A stretch of 62,601 bases of DNA, the filler included, from Kipferlia bialata (taxonomy: Eukaryota), in NCBI GenBank assembly GCA_003568945.1. It is 2 parts of 2 records of this genome, joined end to end, with 100 filler letters (N's around TTAATTAATTAA, not from the genome) between each part and the next. Parts side by side here need not be neighbours in the genome. Positions count along the whole stretch, not along the records: positions 31,372 to 62,601 come from BDIP01000110.1; 1 more part is not named here. The stretch is one strand, 5' to 3'. The position numbers and the translations under genes are program-made. Positions 43,339-55,290 of the stretch are shown here, one piece after another (the first letter of the stretch is position 1; each line of letters begins with the position of its first letter). A model generated the notes under the pieces. That model saw only the letters and a list, made by a program, of their open reading frames with translations, had not been told where the DNA came from and did not search any database.

Positions 43339-46300
43339 TATATACCATGTAATAATAATAGTGACCTCCGGGAACATATGTATCCATCATATGATATGGT
43401 ACACACATACTATGCCAATCATGAATCCTCTGGATGGAATGCCCAGCTCCCATACACAACTGCACTTACTATCATATAACACATACTATGCCATTCATCC
43501 TATATAGTACCTCTGGATGGAATGCGGCCCAGCTCCTTCGGGCCACCTTCAAAAGCCACGAGAACCTGAGGACTAGGTCAAGGAGCATGTACACAGGGTA
43601 CACCCACTTCCTGGGGGGAGGGGGTAGGGATGGGTGGACATTTGTATGGAACTCACATCGCTGTGAAACATGAGGCCTCTCTAATACATACACACAAACG
43701 TATATATATACCCACGAACACTGACCGTGACACCTGATACACACTGATGCATTCACTGGCTAATACTCTGAGTATATTTGTACATCTACCAGTACATATA
43801 AATATATAGCATACCTGTGGAGCAGGGTGCCCTTGGCATCTGGGGATGCACACAGCAGCCCACAGTCTGTCATGTCCCACAGATAGCAGTACATGGACGC
43901 AGCAGACCTGGGGTGGATATCAAGTATAATCCCCTCAATATTCTGTAACTGTACAATTGTATATATACAATAGTGTTGATGGAAGCCATCGTGTCTCAAA
44001 TACACTTGAACCCACATGACACTCCGTATGGTACTAGAATATACATGTATACTACATATCTACCCACATCTACCCACCTCGCAAACAGCCAGAGGTAGTA
44101 GTACACGGGTGCCCCCTGGGTCTCAAAGAGCAGGAAGCAGACCCCAGCCAGCAGCAGCAGGGTGTACTTGCCCATAGAGGCCAGGTGGGGGAAGCACCTC
44201 TTGGTCTTGGCCAGTAGTGACATGCCCTGCAACAATCTGAACAGGGCAGGCAGCATCACAACCAACGATGTGGACCAGCGGGATATGCCTATGCACGCAT
44301 CACTCGGGTGGGTGGTGGGGCCGTAGAAGGGGTCCGTGTAGGTGCCCTGCGGGTTAGCAATATATATAGGCATCAGGGGTATGTCTCAGGTGTGTATGGT
44401 ATTGAAGATCAGTGTCACTGTCATCCTTGGCACAGCTTTTCGGCTCAACTGAACATATACAAATACAAATATCTATCCATATTAATATGCATATATATCA
44501 GGAAGCAGGTATTAAAAAAAGAATTCTGACGTATACCATAACTATAAAGGAAGAGCACAATGAATATTCAGATATACCTTCACTATCTCGCACACTGACC
44601 ACGTGATGTCACTCAGTGACTGTTGGTACGAGGTGAGGGTCCTAGGTTAGAGGGTCTAGGTGGAGGATGGATATGGACCATGCACTACCTGTACAACAAC
44701 CATGGGTACATCTCTGCATTGATACACATTAGTATGCATTCAGCACTGTACATACACTATGTACAAAAGGAGCACTCACTAATGTGTACTCCATCTGTGA
44801 CAACTGCTATAGTATGCACTCACTAATATATATATATTTATACATGCACTCACTCTGTGACAAAGAAGTCGAAGAACCTGACCCGGGAGAAGGGAAGGGT
44901 GGCCCATTTGGCACAGACCTGGGGTCAGATGGGGTAGATAGTGGGTGCATGTTACACACGATACATGACACGTGATACATCCCGGGTGACAAGGCATAGA
45001 CATGCACCATCAATCTCTGTGAAGCCACCCATTCTTGGTAGCAATGCAAGTGTCAGTAGCAATAGTGTCAATCGTTAGTGTCAATCGTTAATGTCAATCG
45101 ACATGCCAGTCACACATCAGTCTCTGTATACATAGACGGTACACCTTCTAGATGATACACTGTGTTCCTAGTATTTACTATTGAAATAAACATATATACA
45201 CGTATACCTCACATACCCACTACCCACCTTCCAGAATGATAGCCGGGCCCCCGAGTGGAATACATGTAGGGGCACTGTGAACAGGACTAGGAAGGACGCA
45301 AAGAGGACCAGGACAGGATAGCCAACAGGCCAGGGCTCCCTGGGAGGTGAGGGACAGATATACAAAGACAGATAGACGGATAGACAGAGAGAGAGACTCG
45401 CAATGCCTGCAGAGACGCTGGTAGTATACATGGATTATCACCTCTCCACCCATAAACCATTACACTATCCCTTTGTAGAAAGCACACTTGTGTTGACTCC
45501 AGTATAGCACTGCATCTATAGCTATATATATACAGACATATAGATATATATATATATATATATATATATCTGCACCTGAACTGGGTGTTGATGGCCTTGA
45601 GCAGGAGGGCTATGCCAAAGGCTGCCAGGCAGGAGAGATAGACCACACTGAGCATCCCGGCCATCTTGGACAGTTGGACCTGGGGGGTGGGGTATATGCA
45701 TATACAGGCAGAGGTACATGGACGGATGCAGGGTGGATAGAGAACGGCACAATGGACACAATAGAAACAACACCTTCATAGAGTGATCATTGCCACCTTG
45801 GAGGACCTGGTTAGATATATACTGATCTATGTACCAAGATATAGAGAGGGAAGGAGGGAGATATACCACTAAAAGATGGGCCGTACATGGGTGAGTGTCC
45901 TCTTCGGATGGAGTTCCATGACAAACACATGGTTGATCTCCTCCTTGGCAAAGATGTGCACATCTGGTGTCATATATATATGTATATGATATATGTAAGG
46001 TATATATGTGCACATCTGGTGTTATATATATGATATATATATGTGATATATATATATGTATGCACATCTAGTGTCATATGTATATGATACATATATGGTA
46101 TATATATATGTACATCTGGTGATATAAATACATATATGTATGTATATGTGCACATCTGGTGTTATCTCTATATATGTGATATGATAAATATGATATATAC
46201 GTGCACATCTGGTATCATGAGTGGACATCACGTACTCACTACACTGAATATATGAACCCACCTAGAAGGGACACTATCTGCTCTCTGCCGTATAGATGGA

Positions 46301-48307
46301 TATATGAACATCTACACAGCTACACATACACACCTAGTGCCACCCCAAACAGACCCAGAATGATGAGGCCTAGACCCCTAAATGGTATGGCTGCAGTAGT
46401 GAAGCCTGGTACAGACACAATGTTGTCACTCATACCAGCTATGGGTACGGCTGGGTGAGGAAAGGTGTGATGTGCATAGGTAATAGCACCCACATGAGTT
46501 CCCCATTTATCCATGTCACAAAGCTGAGAGAATGTACGTGCGTACCATACACACACACACATATATATATATAAACTTATATATATACGATACAACGCAC
46601 CCATCCTTTGAGCAAAACAGGACTGACCCAATATTCATATTCACCATATACGCCCTTGACCCACCTAGCACAAAGGCCACCACGAGAGATATGGGCAACA
46701 CCAGACCCAGCACCAGCCCAATCTTGAAGGAGTCCTTGGCACTCCACCGCAGCCTGTTCTGGCGCACCTTTCTGTTAGATACTGAGGCCGTTGTCACTCT
46801 CTATATTTACCTTGGAGTGGTACTCAGATAGGACTATCACGAATGTGTGTATGTGGATACCCATACACCCACCTGCAGCAGAATTGCTCTGTTTGCTCTG
46901 AAGTATGACGTGAAGAGCATCTGCAGGTTGGAGTCCAGTCGTGCAAAGGCAGGGCTGCATGCAAACTGCTGCTCTGCCAGCACCTCTGGGTTGAGGACAC
47001 TACCCTGGGGATGAGTAGGGAGAGATAGAGAGAGTAGTGGGGAATAATGACAGCGCATTCTCATGCTCTATGATTGGGGACAGTGAACGCAGAGCCTCAG
47101 AGTATAGTGTGTGCATGTGTATATAGTTGTTCCCTACCTCCTTGATCGGGTTATTGAGTCTGGTCAGAAACTGAGACTCGCTATCGTACTGGGACGTCTG
47201 GGGTTGGAGATGCGGCAGTCATGTAATACATAATAGACATATGGTGTAAAAGAGACAATGCCTGGTATTAACATACCCGACAGAGAGTGAGGAGGTGTGT
47301 GAGTGACACTCTGCCACAATGAATACATACATACATACATACATATACATACATACATATCTATACCTGACTGGGCTCTGGGCTGTGTCCCTCTGACTCC
47401 AGAGCCAGGGGCACATAAGACCCATCCCCCGAGTGGGACAGCATGTTGCCTAGAAAGGTCATCAGGTGGGGCCCCTTCCCACCCTCCCTCTCCCTCTCTC
47501 CCTCTCTCCCTAACCTAGACGACACATAGTCTTGGTCACCCCGGCACACACACTCCCCAGACCCCTCTGCCCCTAGTCCTGCCTCCTTCCGGTGGTCCAC
47601 CTAGCAGTCAGGGTGTGGGACTGGTACATATATATAATACATACATGTCACTGCCTCTGCCTCTGCTACCTGCATGTCGCTGGACACCCCACTGTCCGAG
47701 GGCTCCGAGGAGGGTATCTGCACGGGGGAGTGGTGGTAGGTCACAAACCGACTGGCGGCACTGGGGGTACCCCCCACCTCGGAGGGAGAGACCGACACAG
47801 CAGCTGGGTACACTCTGCACAAGTAAGTGAGTGAGTAAGTGAGTGAGTAAGTAAGTGAGTAAGTAAGTAAGTACTGGGTCATCCTACACAGGTGAGGATC
47901 AGGATACTGAGGGGGAGGGTGTCACAGGAGAGACAGGCAATAGGGGAGTGAGCACAGTGTACTCCTGTCGGTATCATAACCATTAATGAATCTATCCTCA
48001 CAAACACTTTCACCCCAATACCTAGTGTTTGCACAGAGGGCACACCTCCTGGGCTTTGCCACCACCTGGCCAATGTCGGCCAGGACCTGGGGGTCAGGCA
48101 GTGTCACACACTCATACTCTCTGGTGTATATGGTATGGCCACTGCACTCTGACTGAGTGGGGGCATGTCCGTCCATGCTATATATATAATGTATAATACC
48201 TTTGCAAACCCTGCGTAGTTGAGGTGGCTGAACTCCTGGTGACGCTGGATGTCATAGGCCAGCTGGAGGAACCTGGCGTCAAAGGGATGTTGGGGGGGAG
48301 GGGGGGA

Positions 48308-48339
<32 letters not shown>

Positions 48340-49399
48340 GGAAGATGAGGGAGACAAAGAGGCTATACTCACCCTTGCTTGAGGTTCTTCTTGGGCATCT
48401 GAGCAGTGATACCCTCCTGACATCAGATATACATATATCAGATATCAGATAGGCATGAGAATAGAACAAGAGAAGTGAACGAGAGAGATACACAGGAGAA
48501 AGGTACAGGAGACAACTGCTAGTCCTCCGGCTCCTGTCAGTATGGACCACATGCATATCCCACCTGGAGCTTGGCGAACTGGGCCTCGAGCACCTGCAGC
48601 CGTGACTCGAAGAAGGTGTTGACCCTGTTACACTCAATCTCCACACAGGCCTCGAGGTCCTGGATCAGGGCCCTGGGGGTGAGTAGGGGGCATATACATT
48701 ATACAACGTGCCAGGTTAAAAGAGAGACAAGGATTGAAGCATGATATGAAACCACCAAAGTGAGTCGGTACCGGTACCGGTATCGGTACAACATACATCA
48801 CTCCCCCACCTTGAGTCCACCGTACTGTCTCTGCTCTGCCACTCTGTGGCCATCTGCTCGACCCTCTCATTGAGAGCACTGGGGTCAGACAGATGCGGGG
48901 GGGGGGGGGGGGGGGGGGGGGATGAAGGGGAGAGAAGTCAGTGCAGCTCCAGTAATCTTCTGTATCCACAACAACGCAAGTCAGGATATATACTATCAAA
49001 CAACTACACACAATACTGCACTTCCGTATACACTCACCCCTCTATCTGGCTCTCCTCCCTCTCTCTCTCCTCATCCAGCTTGGTCAGACAGGAGAAGCGA
49101 GATGCCTCCAGCACGTACCTGAATTTGAGTGAAGGTGTGAACTCACATATAACCACATGAGACACCAAATAGTTGGATATATCGATACTTGACATATGTC
49201 AGGTACACCAATGACACTTCACAATAGAATCCCCTACACAATACTGAGATGAGAGCGTTACGTACATATAATGCTTTAGCACTTGGTAATAGGCGCGGAC
49301 TCGCCGGGAGCTTACACTACCGGGGTCCAGAGACAGGAGAAACTCCACACCTGAAGTGAGCTGGTCTATGTACGAGAAATATGTATAGACGGGTACAGC

Positions 49400-49437
<38 letters not shown>

Positions 49438-49986
49438 ACCAACCTCCTTCTTTNNNNNNNNNNNNNNNNNNNNNNNNNNNNNNNNNNNNNNNNNNNNNNN
49501 NNNNNNNNNNNNNNNNNNNNNNNNNNNNNNNNNNNNNNNNNNNNNNNNNNNNNNNNNNNNNNNNNNNNNNNNNNNNNNNNNNNNNNNNNNNNNNNNNNNN
49601 NNNNNNNNNNNNNNNNNNNNNNNNNNNNNNNNNNNNNNNNNNNNNNNNNNNNNNNNNNNNNNNNNNNNNNNNNNNNNNNNNNNNNNNNNNNNNNNNNNNN
49701 NNNNNNNNNNNNNNNNNNNNNNNNNNNNNNNNNNNNNNNNNNNNNNNNNNNNNNNNNNNNNNNNNNNNNNNNNNNNNNNNNNNNNNNNNNNNNNNNNNNN
49801 NNNNNNNNNNNNNNNNNNNNNNNNNNNNNNNNNNNNNNNNNNNNNNNNNNNNNNNNNNNNNNNNNNNNNNNNNNNNNNNNNNNNNNNNNNNNNNNNNNNN
49901 NNNNNNNNNNNNNNNNNNNNNNNNNNNNNNNNNNNNNNNNNNNNNNNNNNNNNNNNNNNNNNNNNNNNNNNNNNNNNNNNNNNNGG

Positions 49987-50033
<47 letters not shown>

Positions 50034-50580
50034 GACAGGGAGAGAGACAGAGAGAGAGGAAGAGAGAGTGAGGGAGAGAGTGGGTGGAGAAGAGAAGACA
50101 TAGAGAGCGAAATGGGGAGAGGACGAAGATGTGTCCTGGTACTTCAGAAGAGAGCACTGTAGTGAAGAGACAACATAATGCATGTACCTTGCCCATGCCT
50201 TCTTGCCCCTGCCACGAATGCTCTCCCTGGTGGGGAAGCCGGGTCCACCACCTGATCGTTAGGAGTCAGTAAGAGAGGACAGAACCGGGGATTAGAGGAT
50301 GACCGAATACATACCGATGGAGGGTGCGTGTGGGTTGGACCGCATGGCCCTCCTGTGCATGGGGGCAGACATCACGGGGGAGGGGGAGTACTCACTGCCA
50401 GATGAGGGGCAGGGGGAGGCAGTCACGGGGGTGTTGGGGGCTGGGGTGAGAGGATGAGGGACAGATAGTGATAGTGATGAGGACTCATGTCCTCTCACCC
50501 TGTAACCCAGTGGCGTCTGGGATAGGGGGCAGGCCACCAAAGTGGGACGGGCGCAGAGGCACGCTCTTTCTGTCACTCAT
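42793..50580 (-). CDS. SPX-EXS domain phosphate exporter, XPR1/SYG1/PHO1 family
   Basis: SPX end LNYAGFAK (48200-48272). EXS motifs INHVFVMELHP, LPFSRVRFFDFFVTETLTS, LPALFRLLQGMSLLAKTKRCFPHLASMGKY, YCYLWDM, DLVLRFSW and EICRRVIWSVFRIEYE...DFRA. Stop TAA at 42793-42795. The start at 50580 is tentative because an assembly gap lies in between. Confidence 0.9.
47821..47872. repeat. (AAGT/GAGT)n tetranucleotide microsatellite in an intron
   Basis: aagtaagtgagtgagtaagt... read directly. Confidence 0.9.
49454..49984. other. Assembly gap flanked by poly-C and poly-G runs
   Basis: Run of N with a long C run on the left and a long G run on the right. Confidence 0.99.
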
Positions 50581-50872
50581 CACTAATGTAGAGACGCAAG
50601 AGAGATGTGGAAGAGAGATGTGTTAGTATCTGATGGTCTAGGAAGAGCGTCACACAACAAACGGCCGTAGTACTTGTATACACTACGTTTGCGCTTACAC
50701 TACCATTTAGCACCCCAACACAATTCAATGAAGCCAATGATTTATATCAGGACCCCGCCGGCCTTGACCGATGTGGGGCCATTGTGGGGGTCGAGCCAAT
50801 GCTAGGACACATATGGTGTCCAAGTAAACAGCACGCCAGCCACTCCGTCACTCATACATAGGGTGTCAACAC

Positions 50873-50917
<45 letters not shown>

Positions 50918-50921
<4 letters not shown>

Positions 50922-53133
50922 GCCTCGGCCTGGACAAGGAGCTCTGCCAGGATGTCTGCGTATCTGGCCTGGAACAGCTTGATCTGCTTCTTGAAGGTGG
51001 GGGTCATCAGGTTGTCGGGGGTCCACTCCTCGGCCTCGAGGTGGATGCGCCTGGGCCTCTCGTAGCCCCACATGCTCAGGGCCTTGCCCTCCCTGGTGAT
51101 CTCGTCCAGCACCAGCTGCACGACAGCAGGGTCGGCACACAGGGCGGCGAAGTCGTCGTTGGCGGGAAGGCCGGCTGCGGCCACCCTAGCCTTGAGGACT
51201 GAGGGGTCAGGCACAATCACACCTACGGTGCAGGCGTTGGCCGGCTGGGCGTAGGTGAAGATCTGGGACACCACTGGGACAGCTCCCAGCCTATCCTCCA
51301 CAGACTCCAGGTTGACGTACTCGCCCTGCTGCAGCTTGATGATGCGGCCAGCCCTGGGGTGAGGGGTGTGGGTATGGGCCTATCATCTATATATCATAGA
51401 CACACGACTGACTATACACTGTGCCTCCGTACCTTCCGATGAGCTTGACGTCTCCCTCGGGGAACAGCTCTGCCATGTCTGATGTCCTGTACCAGCCCCC
51501 ATCGACAAGGGCCTCAGCGGTGGCCTCGGGGTTCTTGTAGTAGCCCTTCATCACGAAAGGTCCCTTGATCTGGAGCTCTCCCTGACATCAGAATACATAT
51601 GGGGCGGGAGAGAGAGATATGGGGTGCATGTACCTTGGGGTTGGATCCGTCGGTGGGGTTGGCCTCGTATCCGAGAGGGGGGTAGGACACAATCCTAGCC
51701 TCCACGTCCCTGAAGATGTGGCCCACACTGCGGTAGTCAGAGATCCAGGGCAGGGTGCCTGTGGAGAGGGCGCCTGTCTCAGAGGCTCCGTATCCGATGA
51801 AGAGCTCGGCACAGAAGGCAGCCCTGCAGAACTGACCGAGGTAGTTGGGCAGGAGGGCGGCACCGGCGGCAATCACAGTGACACGGCCACCAAGGAGGGC
51901 GGCGGTCTTGGAGAAGACGAGCTTGTCCCAGAACTTGTGCTGGCCCATGGCGATAGTGGAGCCGGGCTTGGCCTTGAGCATGGCCTTGACCTTGGACTTG
52001 AGGGCCATGTTGAACATCATCTGGGGGTAAGGGGGAGAGAGAGAGAGGCATATAAAAGGGGTAGTTCTCACCTTGGAGATGCCGCCCTTCTCGTTGATGC
52101 CGGTGGACACAGCGGCGTGGATCTTGGCAGCCACCCTGGGCACCATGCACATGAAGGTGGGCCTGAGGCACTGGGCGTCGGAGACCTGGGAGTGAGTGCG
52201 ATAAATGATACATAGATATATATGACAACATAGTAACACATCCACTCACCAGCCTGGAGGTGCTTCCGGTGAAGTATCCGATCCTGAATCCACACATGAT
52301 CATGGTCTGCTCAATGGCGTGGGAGAACACGTGACTAGGGGTGAGACATGCTAATAGAAGAGTGTGAGAACAGATGAGAGTGTACACAAGGGCACGTACG
52401 CTGTGGGCAGGTAGGACAGGAAGATGTGCTGGTGGGAGGGCACGTTCCTCTTGAGGGCCTCTGTGATGGGGAGTCTGCCGTGGAAGTTGTATGCGGCATA
52501 CAGGATGGAGCACTGCTTGAGCATGACGCCCTTGGGCACTCCGGTGGTGCCAGAGGTGTAGAAGATGGAGGCGTCGGTGTCAGAGGCAACGTCGGCATCG
52601 GCAGGGACGGGCAGGTTGGCTGTGGCCCTGATGATGTCATCAAGGGAGGACACGAGGATGGGGCCGTCCTGGTGCACGACTCCGGCTGCGGTCTCACCGT
52701 AGGGCATGAAGGCGGAGAGGTCGACCTCGAGGGCCTCCTCGTCCTCGGCCTCTGCCTCGGGGGAGGGGGACTTGGCCTTGGCCCTGGGCTCAGAGGCCAG
52801 GGTGTACAGGGACATGCGGGACTCAGAGACAGCGGGCATCACGGTGCCCTCGGGGAGGTCGGCAGGCACGTAGTACTCCTTGGCCTTGGCAAGCACCTGG
52901 GGTGAGACACTGCAATAGAAAGAGAGAGAGAAGAGGGGGGGGGGGGGCTATACACCCGCATACCTTGGCCTCGTCGAACTCCTGGAGGCAGATGACAGCC
53001 CTCAGGTTGGTGCAGAGGTGGGCGGATCCAAGGAGGCGGGGGAGGTAGTGCAGGTCACACAGCACAACCTGTGCGCCAGAGTGGTTGAGCACGTAGCGGA
53101 CGAGCTCGGGTCCGAGGGTGGAGTAGAGGGGGA
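50918..53133 (-). CDS. Long-chain fatty acyl-CoA ligase (ACSL/LACS-type, AMP-binding); N-terminus not found
   Basis: VPLYSTLGPELVRYVLNHS, P-loop IFYTSGTTGVPKGVML, LSYLPTAHVF, PTFMCMVPRV, IGYGASET, GELQIKGPFVMKGYYKNPEAT, KLQQGEYV and LMTPTFK. Seven exons with short introns. Confidence 0.92.
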
Positions 53134-53612
53134 CTGGGTGTCAGACAGAAGAGAGAGACAGGGAGAGAGAGAATGGGGAGAGAGGGGAGGGGGGGGGGGG
53201 GGGGGGGGAGGCTCAGGCAAGGGGGGGTATGTACATACATCGGGTGTGTGTATACAATACTACACCATACCTGGCAGCAGAGGTCTGACATGCACACTGT
53301 GAGTGTAACTCATGTCTGTCTCTATCTCTCTCTCTCTCTCACTTTCAAGCCTTCCCTATCCCTCCGTTACTCTTCAGTAGCCTTCTGGAGGTTTCAATCA
53401 CTACGTAGTAGCTTCCCCCTCTCTCACCCCGCGTATCAGAGGCCTTATGGGTGCTCGGAGGTAGGGCTAAGAGACAGGTGTCAAATTGTATGATTTTTCA
53501 GAATTGAACTTACAAAAAGTCTAAAAACACGACACCGAATCTATAAAACTGTATGTCTATTTATCCTTGAAAAGACACCTTCCTTGCAGTGTAGTGGAAG
53601 CACAGTAGATCT

Positions 53613-53734
53613 ATGGACGAAGTTGCTGCGGCACGTGCTGCAGCCAAGGCAGAGCACAAGAGGCTATGTGCCCAGGGGGATGAGCTGAAGATTGAGACAC
53701 CCACTGGGCTCATATCAGGCACCCTGGTAGACAG

Positions 53735-53776
<42 letters not shown>

Positions 53777-55156
53777 CCTTCTCCCCTTGCCTGCCTTGTC
53801 TATATTGCAAGTGGGCAGTATTTATAGGGTCAAGTCTTGTATCCACTCGCTCTTTTTCATTTTCTTTCTCTCTCTGCCCCCCCCACCTCAGTGTGTGCAT
53901 ATATATATATGAGTGTCAATATCTTGAATGGACTCCTCTCTCAACTCTCTCTCTCTCTCTCTGCCTGGCAAGGGTGCAGATACCAACCCCTCTCAACACA
54001 TCTATCTACATATATTTACATATACTTATGTATATCCTATGGATATTCATCACTCACAATAGGTCTGACAAGGGTACAGACACCGACAACACCCCAGGGT
54101 CCAGAGGAGACATTGCCATCATGATACACGGGCTGGTATGTGCAGGGTATTGTCCATAGAACAGTTCATTGTATATATAGTGTATATATGTATAGAGAGA
54201 GGGAGAGAGAGTCTTTCCACTCTACATCTCCTGGGGTTACCAAGATATATATTTGTTTTCCTCTGACCTCACAGGGCTCCCACAGCAACATGCGCTTCTT
54301 TCCTTCTTTCCATTATGTATGTATGTATATTATATTATAAACTAATGTACTATCTGCAATTATAGATTTTTCACCCTGGGCTCCCACCGCAACTTACGCT
54401 TCTTCCCATGAACATACTAATACCATATGCCACAGTCATGTATACACATGAATATACCCTGTGTGTTCTTATGCTTATCCCAGGGCTCCCACCGCAATAT
54501 GCGCTTCTTCCCCATGCTGGCAGACACCCTGCCGGCATCGTCATACAGGTGTGTATGTATATATGCATACTAATACTGTGTGTGTGTCTGATATACGGAA
54601 ATATGACCTATACTAACCCCAGGTTTGACATCCAGGGCCATGGCAAGAGCACAGGGGAATTCAGGTGAGATACATATAGATATATATGTATATATACATA
54701 CAGATATATATATATATATCTGTAGGTTTGCATATGTATCTATATATCCCTCTGTCAAGGATATGGCCAGAGCACAGGGGAGTTCAGGTGAAGCTAGCTA
54801 CTGTAACACCTCTTTCTCTCGCTCTCTGGACAGGAACGTTCAGAGGTTGCCGGGACTATAACGTATACCCCACCTTCTCTCTCTCTCTGTCTCTCTCTCT
54901 CTCTCTAGACCCTTACTGTCAGCCTCAGTTACAAGCGTGATGTGGAGACCATGGAGTACATCCATCCTCTATCTCTCTCTCTCTCTCTCTCTCCCCCTCT
55001 CTAGACCCTTAATATCAGCCTCAGTTACAAGCGTGATGTGCAGACCATGGAGTACATCCACACCTTCTCTCTCTCTCTCTCTCTCTCCCCCTCTCTAGAC
55101 CCTTATTGTCAGCCTCAGTTACAAGCGTGATGTGGAGACTATGGAGTACATCCATA

Positions 55157-55190
<34 letters not shown>

Positions 55191-55246
55191 AGACCCTTAT
55201 TGTCAGCCTTAGTTATAAGCGTGATGTGCAGGTCATGGAGTACATC

Positions 55247-55290
<44 letters not shown>

